Source of the DNA: Nemertoderma westbladi
Taxonomy: Eukaryota; Animalia; Xenacoelomorpha
Direction of reading: 5' to 3'
DNA: 39,392 nt
NCBI GenBank assembly: GCA_032718475.1
Contig: JAUCBJ010000300.1
Location: forward strand, 1-39,392
Shown piece by piece: positions 9,350 to 21,135 of this stretch; position 1 is the first letter of the stretch; every line of letters begins with the position of its first letter. The notes under the pieces are model-generated. The model saw nothing but the letters and a program-made list of their open reading frames with translations, was not told where the DNA came from and did no database searches. The translations under genes and the position numbers were made by a program.

Positions 9350-11825
9350 GACAACCTCCTCTACCTCTGGGACCGGAACTCCGGGCGCCACTTCCTCGTG
9401 GACACCGGCGCCCAGGTGAGCGTGTTTCCCGTCAGCGGATTCGACACCCGTTCCGGTCGTACTGGACCGCCGCTCAGTGCCGTCAACGGATCACCAATCC
9501 GTTCCTACGGAACCTGCGGAGTTCCTCTGCGGTTCAACGGCCGCCAGTTCAACTGGGACTTCGTGATCGCGGACGTCCCCCAGCCGTTGCTAGGGGCGGA
9601 CTTCCTCTGCGACCACGCCCTGATGGTGGACGTCAAGGGGCAGCAACTCATTGACATGGAAACCTTCCAGCCGATCCCCCTCCGTTGCTCCTCCTCCACC
9701 ATCCCAGGAACCCACCCTCAACTCGCATCGACAGCTGTAGATCGAGTCTACGCCGACCTCCTGGCGGAGTTCTCCTCCATCACGACGCCGACCTTCTCGG
9801 ACTCGTCTACTCGCCACGGCATGGAGCATTACATCCCGACCGCCGGTCGCCCTGTCCACGCCCGCGCTCGACGACTCCCACCGGATAAACTCGAGATTGC
9901 ACGGGTGGAGTTCAGCAAGATGGAGGAGATGGGGATTATTCGCCATTCGAATAGTCCCTGGTCGTCTCCCCTCCATATGGCGCCCAAGCCGGCTGGGGGT
10001 TGGCGCCCCTGCGGGGACTACCGTCTCCTCAATGATGCCACGACCCCCGATCGCTACCCAGTCCCGCACATTCAGGACTTCACGGCGTGTCTCGCCGGGG
10101 CCACGATCTTCTCTAAGGTCGACCTGGTGCGGGGCTACCACCGGATCCCCGTGGCCCCTGGTGACGTTCCCAAGACTGCCGTTATCACTCCGTTCGGACT
10201 CTTCGAGTTTGTCCGGATGCTGTTCGGCCTCAAGAACGCCACCCAGGCCTTCCAACACCTGATGGACTCCGTCTGCGCTGGGTTGGACTTCCTCTTCGCG
10301 TACCTGGACGACATTCTCATCGCAAGCGCGACCCCCGAGGAACACCTCGTCCACCTCTTCCAACGACTCCAGGACAACGGCCTCATTGTCAACCTGGCGA
10401 AGTGCGAGTTTGGGGTGGCGGAGATCCAGTTCCTCGGACACATTGTCAACGAGTCTGGAGTCCATCCGCTCCCGGACAAGGTGGAAGCCGTCCGCTCCTT
10501 CCCTCGTCCACCCACCACTAAAGGGTTGCGGGAATTTATTGGTATGGTAACGTTTTCCCACCGATTTATTTCCGCAGCTGCTGCCACCATGCAGCCCCTT
10601 TATGCCGCCGTCGCCACCAAGGTTAAGGACGTCGACTGGACTCCCGAACTCACCACCGCGTTCGAATCCTCCATGCGGGCCCTTGCGGATGCCACCATGC
10701 TTGTCCACCCCCGCCACGACGCTCCAACCTCCGTCACCACCGACGCCTCCGACTCCGCAGTCGGCGCGGCCCTTGAGCAGTGGTCCGATGGGAAGTGGCG
10801 GGCGCTCGCCTTCTTCAGCCGCCAACTCCGCCCTCCGGAACGGAAGTACAGCACCTACAACCGCGAACTCCTCGGCCTGTACCTCGCGGTCCGCCACTTC
10901 CGGTATTTCCTAGAGGGCCGTCCGTTTGTGGCCTATACAGACCACAAACCGCTGACCCACGCGTTTGCCAAGGTCACTGACCCCTGGTCTCCCCGTCAAC
11001 AGCGCCACCTAGCGTACATATCTGAGTTCACCACCAATGTACGTCATGTTGACGGGAAGGACAACCAGGTGGCGGACGCCCTCTCCCGCAGCTTCGTGGG
11101 CCACCTGTTGACCCAACTCGGGGTTGACTACACCGCCATGGCGGCCGACTAGCGGGAGGACAACGAACTCCAGACCCTCCGGAGGAACCCAGGTAGCCTT
11201 GACCTGCATGACGTCACATTCACGGAGAAGGACGTCACGCTTCTCTGCAATGTCTCGACTGGCCAACCCCGGCCGCTCGTCCCGAGTTCGTGGCGCCGTC
11301 GCGTGTTTGGCGTAGTCCACTCCCTGTCCCATCCGTCCATCCGCTCAACTCGGAAGCTCATCTCGGAGCGCTTTGTCTGGCACGGCCTCGCCAAACAGGT
11401 AACCGCCTGGGCCAAGGCCTGCGTTGCCTGCCAAACCTCCAAGGTTCAGCGCCATACGAAGGCTCCACTGGAGACCTTCACTGTCCCACGTTGTTGCTTC
11501 GACCACGTTAACGTCGACCTGGTTGGTCCCCTCCCTCCATCCCAAGGGTTCACCTACCTCTTCACCATTGTCGACCGGACGATGCGTTGGCCCGAGGCCA
11601 TTCTGCTCGCCGACTCAACAACCGAGACCTGCGTCCGCGCTCTCGCCGCCTACTGGATCGCCCGGTTTGGCGTCCCGGCCGAACTCTCCTCCGACTGGGG
11701 CGCCCAGTTCACCTCGGAGTTGTGGTCCGAAGTCAACCGCCTCCTCGGGACGAAACTCCACCGGACTACGTCATACCACCCGCAGGCAAACGGTCTGGTG
11801 GAATGGTTCCACCGCTCCCTCAAGG
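9290..11825 (+). pseudogene. pol: Gypsy pol (protease, RT, RNase H, integrase N-terminal part), with an in-frame TAG at 11150-11152, interrupted at HRSLK
   Basis: Motifs LVDTGA; [10 protein letters not shown]; FGLKNA; YLDD (10301-10312); [10 protein letters not shown]; RELL; TDHKPL; DALSR; H..SH..CVAC; VDLVGP; YHPQANGLVE. Confidence 0.96.
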
Positions 11826-12961
11826 TGTAAAAGCTTTTGCGGACATAACTAGTCATTTTCCCACAATGCGCAGAATACTCTAAAATAGCCCTTAAAAGTG
11901 ATTCAACTACGCCATGGGAAGGAATTAGAACCAAGATGACGAAATCTGTCAGCTGATTCTTTGTTGACGTGGAACTCTCTTTGTTCTGGCCTTATTCAGC
12001 CAATCAGAGCGATTTTCACTTTATGGCTAAGAGAATCCTACCTAAACTCGCGCAATGCATTATGGTCTTGATTCTATTTTTCTGAGAATTCGAACAACTC
12101 AGAATTCTGTGCTTCTGTGTAAAAGTTTCAGACTTTGGCCTAGGAAATATCAGATGGCCTTGATTATAAGAACGTAAAACTATTAACCTGATGAACACCT
12201 ACATTTCTCATTACAATTCAATTCAACTCATTACAATGCATTACGTAACACATACTGACTGTTCACCGCATTATTTTACTTCTGTTTACAGTCTTTATTA
12301 ATTGTTGTTATATTAATGGATATTGTTGTTATATTTGGAAAATACCGATAAATAATCATAAACCCCTCAATCTTCTTGATTACTGAGGTAAGAGGAACAG
12401 GTTTACCGGTAACAACTGCGACTTAAATTATAGTGGTTTATGTGAATTAAATGCTATTTCATAATCCCTACGTGTGTCAGTTGCAATCCTTCTTATATAT
12501 GATCAAATTCAGTGACGATCGGCAGATTAGTGCAAAGTAGTGTGAAGTAGTGTGAAGTCGTGTGAAATAGTGTGAAGATTAATAAAGCATCTCCTAAAGA
12601 ATGCGCTGTTTACGAAACTCTGTGGCTATCTAGTTGTGATTAGTATAAGTCATAACTCTGTTTTTATACTTAAAGCGCCATGTCCTAAAGGAACTGTTAA
12701 TATTTCCCCGAAAGTAAATATATTTGTCAGAGATTATATAGTAACGATCAATCGAATAATACAGTAGGTCTACACTGCAATTATTTTCAAAGCATCCGAA
12801 TCCAGTCTCCCTTAACTGTGGGTGAATGATCGCGCACAGACTGGCTTCGGCGGATGTAACTTCAGTACATTAAATAATTGGTCTAGGCTAAAGTCGATTT
12901 ATAAACAAGAAGACAACTAAAATTGGCAGGATAAACTGCTAAAGGTCTAAAAGCGCGAACA
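11826..12961 (+). repeat. Chimeric Bel-B LTR at the duplication junction
   Basis: The left flank CAAGG and first ~950 bp match the 18227 LTR. From 12774 the sequence and right flank (CTTTGcacag) match 4258-4450 instead. The flanks do not form a target duplication. Confidence 0.9.
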
Positions 12962-13087
12962 CTTTGCACAGTTATAAAGGTCGTTAGTCTCCGTTTAGGG
13001 AAATTATTTTAAGACAAAACAGGAAGAGCGCAACGAGGCTAATGAAGGAGAAGAGTATTATAAAACTAAAAATGTCATACAACTTAA

Positions 13088-15842
13088 GGGGGGGGGGAGG
13101 GGGGGTAGCGCATTTTCTGACCAAAAAGTCGAATTTTTGAAACATATCGTATCTGATGCAGGATTTAATGCTGAATCCAAATAAGGAACCCGTTTTCCTA
13201 TATCTTGCTTAGTTTTTGAGATATCTGGGATAGAAGATACTGGCTCCGATATATCGCGATATCGGTAAAGGAGATGAAGTTTGGGATTTGCATTCAATTT
13301 CTGCCATTTTCTGTGCTCAGTGGTGCTAATTGGATGTCTCCACGAGAAAGAGCACAAAATTTTAATTAAGAAGGTATTTTTTATGACTATTGGACATACT
13401 GATCAGTTTATAAGACAACTTCAAGTCTCCGGAATGAAGACGGGACTCGAATAAGTGACTCTGTGGTCTTTGCGGGATTACACGGAATAGACTTATCGGT
13501 CATCAGAGATCTTCAAAATGTATAATCTCCAGTTCTAGTGGTCGTACGGAGTTCGTTTTGGGCTCATTCGAAAGCTCTTTTCTCAGAGACCAAAGTTACC
13601 ATTTGGTTTGGCAAACTCTTGAAAGCTGCCTGAGCAATCATAACTTGAACAAAATTTGCTTGGCATATTTTACCCAAATTCATGTGGGGCAAGCCACGAA
13701 GTGAGTGAGCATTAGCGTAGGGGTACCATTAATCAACCTGTTGTTCTGTCGCGTTTTTTTTTCAGTATTTTATTTTAAACGTTAATAACTCGGCCAATCC
13801 TTGATGAAATCTATCCAAACTTGGTACACATGTTGTTTGGCAAAAGTTTGAAAATTTTCCAAGTAGAATTTGCGTGGGGCCTTCGTGCAGCATCAGTGTA
13901 CTGTAACTGTTATTGCAGTTATAATAAATTTTTTTATCCAAATTTAAAATTCGTTAAATTATTATTACTGTAGGATAAATCAGCTGGTTTCTGACAAATT
14001 TTGCAATACATTGGGGCTGTCTGCCAATCTGCATGTACCATGTGTACCGGTACTGTCAGGCTGTACTCAATCCCTGAATCGAGAATCCTGCAATCAGTCA
14101 ATACTGCAATACTGGTCAGCCGGTAGCATACACTGCAGACATGCCATATCATGTAATCTAATTAAACATGGCCCCGGCCACCCTTGCGGTGATTATAGTT
14201 TAGGCCTAATTAGCCCAGTACCGGCACCGGTAATAATAATATAATAGTTTAGATAGTTACCGCTAATCATTCAGTCATTGGCACGGTACACCATATTGCT
14301 GTACTGCCGTTGTAGTGCGCACCGTAGGTACCACCCTACTACCAGTACCGGCTGACCGGTGGCAACTAGCACTTCAGCACTTGCACAGCAACAGCACTAC
14401 CGGCGATACACAGGTTGGAATTTATGTAGAGTTTGCTCAACAGTACAGATATAAAATAGTTATCTAAATTATATATATTACTATTGACAAGTATTGAAAT
14501 ATATACCGTTATTCGTGTTATCAGTATTTGCAACATCTGACATTGAAGAGGTGAGAGACGATGAATACCGGCACTCAACAAAACCAACGCTTATCACAGG
14601 CCGGTATGGTTACCTCGAAACCGGCGCGACTGTCCACTCGAATACAACTTCAAAACACAAACGCCAACAATAAACTGAAAGCGAATCGAACGTCTTCAGA
14701 AGAATCTGTCATTGGGACGAAGAAAAGGAAGCCGAAACCACGGGAATGGACTACAGCTAAGATTGAATGCTCCCATTGTCAGAGTTCCTGGGCCGAAATT
14801 GAAACACCAATTGCCGATGGGCTTGATCTCTCAAACCAAAACTTCCTCTGCGGGGTTTGCGCGGCAGTAAAGATTGAAAGTCTGGAAGCTGGCATCCCTA
14901 GGTATTATTATTATAAAGAGCGTCAGCCTGCGTTTAATAAATATATTTTAATACAAAACAGGTGGAACGCAAAGTGGCTTATAATGAAGACGAGTACTGC
15001 ATTGATTATATTCCTATAAACCACCTGGCTTTGCATATTGAACGTGCGTTTGGAAATAAGTTCGTGCTACCCTTCTGTGTGTGGTAGATGTCGCGGTTAT
15101 GTATTGGTGGGTGGGGGGAGGGGGGGGGGGTGCAGATTAAAAGGGGTGAACACGTACTGTCCCCCTTTCATTGATTAATTGGTGGTGTGGGTTAATCTCT
15201 CATAACCTGATTTTGTGATAGAGTCGCACAATTTTAATTTGTATCTTATAACTGGGCCTCGTGCTGCGCGAAGGCCCCACGAACGTGTTATGTTGCTTCA
15301 CAACCATTTTGTCTAAAATCAAATCTAACTTTGTTCTCTATGAAAAGAGCTTTCGAATGAGCCTAAAACGAACTTCGTACGACCACTAGAACTGGAGATT
15401 ATACATTTTGAAGATCTCCGATGACCGATAAGTCTATTCTGTGTAATCCCGCAAAGACCGCAGAGTCACTTATTCGAGTCCCGTCTTCATTCTGGAGACT
15501 TGAAGTTGTCTTATAAACTGACAAGTAGGTCCAATAATCATAAAAAAATACCTTCTCAATTAAAATTTTGTGCTCTTTCTCGTGGAGACATCCAATTGGC
15601 ACCACTGCGCACAGAAATTTGCAGAAATTGAATGCAAACCCCAAACTTCATCGCCTTTACCGATATCACGATATATCGGAGCCAGTATCTTCTATCCAAG
15701 ATATCTCGAAAACTAAGCAAGATACGGAAAAACGGTTTCCATATTTGGATTCAGCATGAAATTCTGCATCAGATAGGATATGTTTCAAAAATTCGTCTTT
15801 TTGGTCAGAAAATGCGCTACCCCCCCCCCCCCCCCCCCCCCT
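13088..15842. mobile_element. Duplicate of the TTAA-flanked inverted-arm segment
   Basis: Copy of 4572-7318; TTAA at 13084-13087 and 15843-15846. Confidence 0.5.
14561..15019 (+). pseudogene. Duplicate of the partial PHD-like ORF
   Basis: Translation identical to 6038-6496. Confidence 0.35.
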
Positions 15843-16823
15843 TTAAATAACCCTAGTTAGAAGGTTTACAAATGACAGTTAAAGTGCGTAAGGGCAAACT
15901 GAAATGGGTCTATATTATTTTTACAACTAGTTTATCACAAACTGATAGCATCGCCTTTACTCATATATATGTTAGGAAAGACATTTTTCGTATATCTAAT
16001 AGAGATTAGTATAATTTACTTTCTAATTTAGGCTTTTGTGCTGCGCGAAGGCCCCACGAACGTGTTACCTGCGTTCAGTTGAAATTCACCGGCAATAAAT
16101 TCCCAACTTAAGTTAAACGATGTTGTATAACTGTCAGTTTGTTGCTACCTTCATATTGCTAGTATTATAGATCAAATTAACCTTATGAATTTATCGTTGG
16201 CGTTTTTTGTAGTGGCATGTTTCACTTCAATATCACAGCAATCTCGGAATTATAATAATAAACGCAAATAATAATAGCTCATTCATTTATTTATTGGCTT
16301 GGAACGAATAAATTTTTTACATTGCTGTTTTTTAGGCACTGTATTTTTTCTGATTAATGTTGAAATATCTCGAAAATAAATGTGTTTATTAAGAGGTTTA
16401 TTATTTAACATTTTTATCAGAGTTATAATAAATGGACTCGAGGTAAGTGAAACATAACCCGGTAGAAATCGCGACCTTTGATTGTATCTCTGTATGGCGT
16501 CTCTAAAGGGTCAAGTGTGCGGATGTAAGTGGGTGTCTGAATATTTATTATTGAGTGTCGGAATATTTGTGAGTGCATAAAATATATCATAGACAATAAA
16601 TAATTGCACTCGTGTTACATTATAGCACGTATATAACGTACGGCATGCACAAAGGATCCTCACTCCCTCAGTGTGTGGCAAGTACCGAGGCGACTTAAAA
16701 ATAATAGTTTAGAGTGCCAAAGCTTGATTCATTAGCTACAATTACCCTGTAATTTAGAATCGCTATCAAACTTTATATTTCCCGCTAGCCGACTTGTATA
16801 TTACTGACTTTATAACCTTCCCG

Positions 16824-17067
16824 TGTAGTGGTAACAGATATCGAACCATTAGATACTTTCACTTTCAACAGACAACATACTGCTGTCCGTGTCTGTCTAG
16901 CGGGATGATCATTTGACTGTACGTACTATGTACATTACAGTACTACCGTTTACTGTAGTGTAGTGGATATATACCTACTGGTACCACACCAGCTGTCCTG
17001 GTGTCAACATAGTGTATTACATTGAAGTGATGTGAGTCGCGCTAATGCGAGAATCGCGCTCACTACA
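16824..17067 (+). repeat. Gypsy 5' LTR, copy 2; tRNA-Trp PBS follows at 17069-17081
   Basis: Matches 8300-8543. Confidence 0.93.
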
Positions 17068-17126
17068 TTGGTGACCCAGACTGACGGAAACGGGTTTGCA
17101 TCAATAACATCTGTTTATATCATAAT

Positions 17127-18226
17127 CCCGTCACCACAGACGCCTCCGACTCCGCAGTCGGCGCGGCCCTTGAGCAGTGGTCCGATGGGAAGTGGCGGGC
17201 GCTCGCCTTCTTCAGCCGCCAACTCCGCCCTCCGGAACGGAAGTACAGCACCTACAACCGCGAACTCCTCGGCCTGTACCTCGCGGTCCGCCACTTCCGG
17301 TATTTCCTAGAGGGCCGTCCGTTTGTGGCCTATACAGACCACAAACCGCTGACCCACGCGTTTGCCAAGGTCACTGACCCCTGGTCTCCCCGTCAACAGC
17401 GCCACCTAGCGTACATATCTGAGTTCACCACCAATGTACGTCATGTTGACGGGAAGGACAACCAGGTGGCGGACGCCCTCTCCCGCAGCTTCGTGGGCCA
17501 CCTTTTGACCCAACTCGGGGTTGACTACACTGCCATGGCGGCCGACTAGCGGGAGGACAACGAACTCCAGACCCTCCGGAGGAACCCAGGTAGCCTTGAC
17601 CTGCGTAACGTCACATTCACGGAGGAGGACGTCACGCTTCTCTGCAATGTCTCGACTGGCCAACCCCGGCTGCTCGTCCCGAGTTCGTGGCGCCGTCGCG
17701 TGTTTGGCGTAGTCCACTCCCTCTCCCATCCGTCCATCCGCTCAACTCGGAAGCTCATCTCGGAGCGCTTTGTCTGGCACGGCCTCGCCAAACAGGTAAC
17801 CGCCTGGGCCAAGGCCTGCGTTGCCTGCCAAACCTCCAAGGTTCAGCGCCATACGAAGGCTCCACTGGAGACCTTCACTGTACCACGTTGTTGCTTCGAC
17901 CACGTTAACGTCGACCTGGTTGTTCCCCTCCCTCCATCCCAAGGGTTCACCTACCTCTTCACCATTGTCGACCGGACGATGCGTTGGCCCGAGGCCATTC
18001 TGCTCGCCGGCCGACTCAACAACCGAGACCTGCGTCCGCGCTCTCGCCGCCTACTGGATCGCCCGGTTTGGCGTCCCGGCCGAACTCTCCTCCGACTGGG
18101 GCGCCCAGTTCACCTCGGAGTTGTGGTCCGAAGTCAACCGCCTCCTCGGGACGAAACTCCACCGGACTACGTCATACCACCCGCAGGCAAACGGTCTGGT
18201 GGAATGGTTCCACCGCTCCCTCAAGG
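17127..18226 (+). pseudogene. pol: Gypsy pol remnant (RNase H to integrase core)
   Basis: Copy of ~10731-11825 with the same TAG (17547-17549) and an extra 4-bp frameshifting duplication near 18008. Confidence 0.92.
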
Positions 18227-19361
18227 TGTAAAAGCTTTTGCGGACATAACTAGTCATTTTCCCACAATGCGCAGAATACTCTAAAATAGCCCTTAAAATT
18301 GATTCAACTACACGATGGGAAGGAATTAGAACCAAGATGACGAAATCTGTCAGCTGATTCTTTGTTGACGTGGAACTCTCTTTGTTCTGGCCTTATTCAG
18401 CCAATCAGAGCGATTTTCACTTTATGGCTAAGAGAATTCTACCTAAACTCGCGCAATGCATTATGGTCTTGATTCTATTTTTCTGAGAATTCGAACAACT
18501 CAGAATTCTGTGCTTCTGTGTAAAAGTTTCAGACTTTGGCCTAGGAAATATCAGATGGCCTTGATTATAAGAACGTAAAACTATTAACCTGATGAACACC
18601 TACATTTCTCATTACAATTCAATTCAAATCATTACAATGCATTACGTAACACATACTGACTGTTCACCGCATTATTTTACTTCTGTTTACAGTCTTTATT
18701 AATTGTTGTTATATTAATGGATATTGTTGTTATATTTGGAAAATACCGATAAATAATCATAAACCCCTCAATCTTCTTGATTACTGAGGTAAGAGGAACA
18801 GGTTTACCGGTAACAACTGCGACTTAAATTATAGTGGTTTATGTGAATTAAATGCTATTTCATAATCCCTACGTGTGTCAGTTGCAATCCTTCTTATATA
18901 TGATCAAATTCAGTGACGATCGGCAGATTAGTGCAAAGTAGTGTGAAGTAGTGTGAAGTCATGTGAAATAGTGTGAAGATTAATAAAGCATCTCCTAAAG
19001 AATGCGCTGTTTACGAAACTCTGTGGCTATCTAGTTGTGATTAGTATAAGTCATAACTCTGTTTTTATACTTAAAGCGCCATGTCCTAAAGGAACTGTTA
19101 ATATTTCCCCGAAAGTAAATATATTTGTCAGAGATTATATAGTAACGATCAATCGAATAATACAGTAGGTCTACACTGCAATAACTTTCAAGGCATCCGA
19201 ATCCAGTCTCCCATACCATGGGTGATAGGTTGAGCACGGACTGGCTTCGGCTGATGTAACTCCAGTACACTAGGTAATTGATATAGGCCAAAGTCGATTT
19301 ATAAACAAGAGGACAACTAAAGTTGGCAGGTTAAACTGCTAAGGGTCTAAAAGCGCAAACA
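18227..19361 (+). repeat. Bel-B 5' LTR (1135 bp)
   Basis: TGTAAAAGC...GCGCAAACA; direct repeat of 31694-32825. Contains AGCCAATCAG (CCAAT), TGACGT, a short (agtagtgtga)-like tandem and AATAAA. Confidence 0.94.
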
Positions 19362-19382
19362 TTAATAGTTTTTAAGTTTCTT

Positions 19383-19392
19383 TGTTGCGCCG
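19383..19392 (+). promoter_or_regulatory. Possible degenerate PBS (tRNA-Gly-like)
   Basis: TGTTGCGCCG resembles TGGTGCGCCG, but it lies 21 nt from the LTR and lacks an intact TGG. Confidence 0.2.
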
Positions 19393-21135
19393 TAGGCAAT
19401 AAAGTCGAATGTACCGGTCGGACAGTAAGCTGTAGGCCTAATCACCCGAACCGGTACTTACAGGTACAGCAGTATTATTTCGATTGTGATAATTATAACT
19501 GGTAGGTCTTAAAATTTAATCGGGGACTGCAGCCCTGGTTTTTTATTGGAATTTTACTTATTTCTGTCAGTTTTATTTATCTGTAAGTGTAATATTGTGC
19601 AGAAGGCGTGTAAGCCTGCTCAGATTGTATAAATAATTTGTAGGCCGGATTGTTGTCTAGCTGTTGTTAGGTCTAAGGTGATTGCCGTGTATGTAGAGTG
19701 TCTGTCCGATAAAGTGCTAGTTAGGAAGGTGGGGGCATCCAGTGCTGTAAGGTAAATCCCCCCCCCCCCCAAAGAATAAGTCGTACTACTTGGTTAGAAC
19801 ACCTACTAACTAACCATTTCGGAGTCTGCATATACTGTAGTTTATTTGGGCTTGACAGTAGTCTGCCAGCATTTGGTCTGTGTTTTGTTTGAATAGTCTG
19901 CACGGGTAGCGTAATATTATTATTCAAGTTATTCAAGTTTATGCAAGTTATTACAATCTTCAAATTCCTCAAGTTTATTCCTACAGTAATTGTGCTTGTT
20001 ATACATACCACTATAGTTAAATTAACCCCGGTACTACATCAGGGCTGCTTGGCGTAGGTAAAGACTGGTGATTTTGTGCTCCGGTCACTCCAGCAGATAC
20101 CGTGGTTCTTTTGGCTGTTCACGTATATTTAACTGCTGGTTATTTGTTGTATAAGTACTTGTACCTAATTTAGGGTTTAGCGTACAGTGCTTTCCGAAAG
20201 TAATTTAGTGTGTAGGCAGTATATTTATGTTGTAACGTGGGTAATAGGCACGTTAGCTCTGGTTGGCTTCGGTAATTAACCTCTAGGTAAGGACACTCCG
20301 GGTACATAACGTAGTACTTATAGAGCTAAGACTATAAGTCGTCAGACGGTGGTATTTCCTTATCTGGAAAATGCAACTTACTTACACTGCTTTATTGTTT
20401 TCAACTATCGTAGTCTCTAGTCAGTTTGTAAAAACCAGAAATTCTAACCCCTTGTTAGACTGGTTTGTAGCTTTCTTGTAAAATTACCCTAAAAATTGTA
20501 CGTGTAACTTGTTTATTGTTTATTTAGAGATTGTAATCTCAACCTGTTTGTAAGTAATTTGTAGTAATAAGTAACTTAGTTAAGTAGAATTATCCTTATT
20601 AGTGTCTAACAAGTAGCACTCCATTGAGAGCATTCAGCTTCTGTGTAGTGACTCCTTATCCAGAAATAATAACATTTATTTCAAACATTGTCAAAACCCA
20701 TTGTACGGGTATATATATTTATAAATCAACTCAATCAGATTTATAAAATAGTAGGCCTGTCATAAATCAAATAGGTCTTAATATCAGTTGACTACTGCTT
20801 AATATCCATAATAAAGTAAAGGGAAGTATCCCTAAAATTCAGAAATTCAGTTATTATTAAATAATTGACATTACCGGTATTTACGGTAAGCTTATTATAT
20901 TTGTTTATATAAATTTAGGCTGAACTTATATACCGGTATTCTGTGACTGATCCTAGTCTGTAAATAATACTTATATATACTATAAGTGTATACCGGTATT
21001 TTAATATTATATATATATCACGTTACATTGAGTAACATTATCGGTAAATAACTACTAGGCTTACAGTTGATACTGAATCCCTAGACTTGCTTTAACTGTT
21101 GTTATAGCAGTAGGCATTCAACTGTAAAATAAATC

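Larger units (their letters stand above)
8300..11825 (+). mobile_element. Ty3/Gypsy LTR retrotransposon, CsRn1/Kabuki/Boudicca clade, copy 1 (5' LTR, gag, pol up to the Bel insertion site)
   Basis: LTR TGTAGTG...CACTACA, tRNA-Trp PBS, CX2HX9CX3C Gag motif and PR-RT-RH-IN order. CCCG at 8296-8299 is repeated after the 3' LTR at 33218-33221. Confidence 0.95.
4258..12773 (+). repeat. Tandem segmental duplication, copy 1 (8516 bp)
   Basis: Near-identical to 12774-19174 at an offset of ~8516-8524, apart from a 2.1-kb deletion in copy 2. Confidence 0.93.
12774..19174 (+). repeat. Tandem segmental duplication, copy 2 (6401 bp; lacks ~2.13 kb of Gypsy gag-pol)
   Basis: Collinear with 4258-12773. 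The junction atcataat|c|ccgtcaccac at ~17126 joins the equivalents of 8602 and ~10731. Confidence 0.93.

Noticed and set aside
8759-10897. Long antisense and alternative-frame ORFs over the Gypsy (e.g. 9590-10897 minus)
   Set aside because: Shadow ORFs expected from GC-rich codon usage on the pol strand.
11826-12961. Ordinary solo LTR
   Set aside because: The flanks CAAGG and CTTTG do not match, and the internal sequence switches between two donors.
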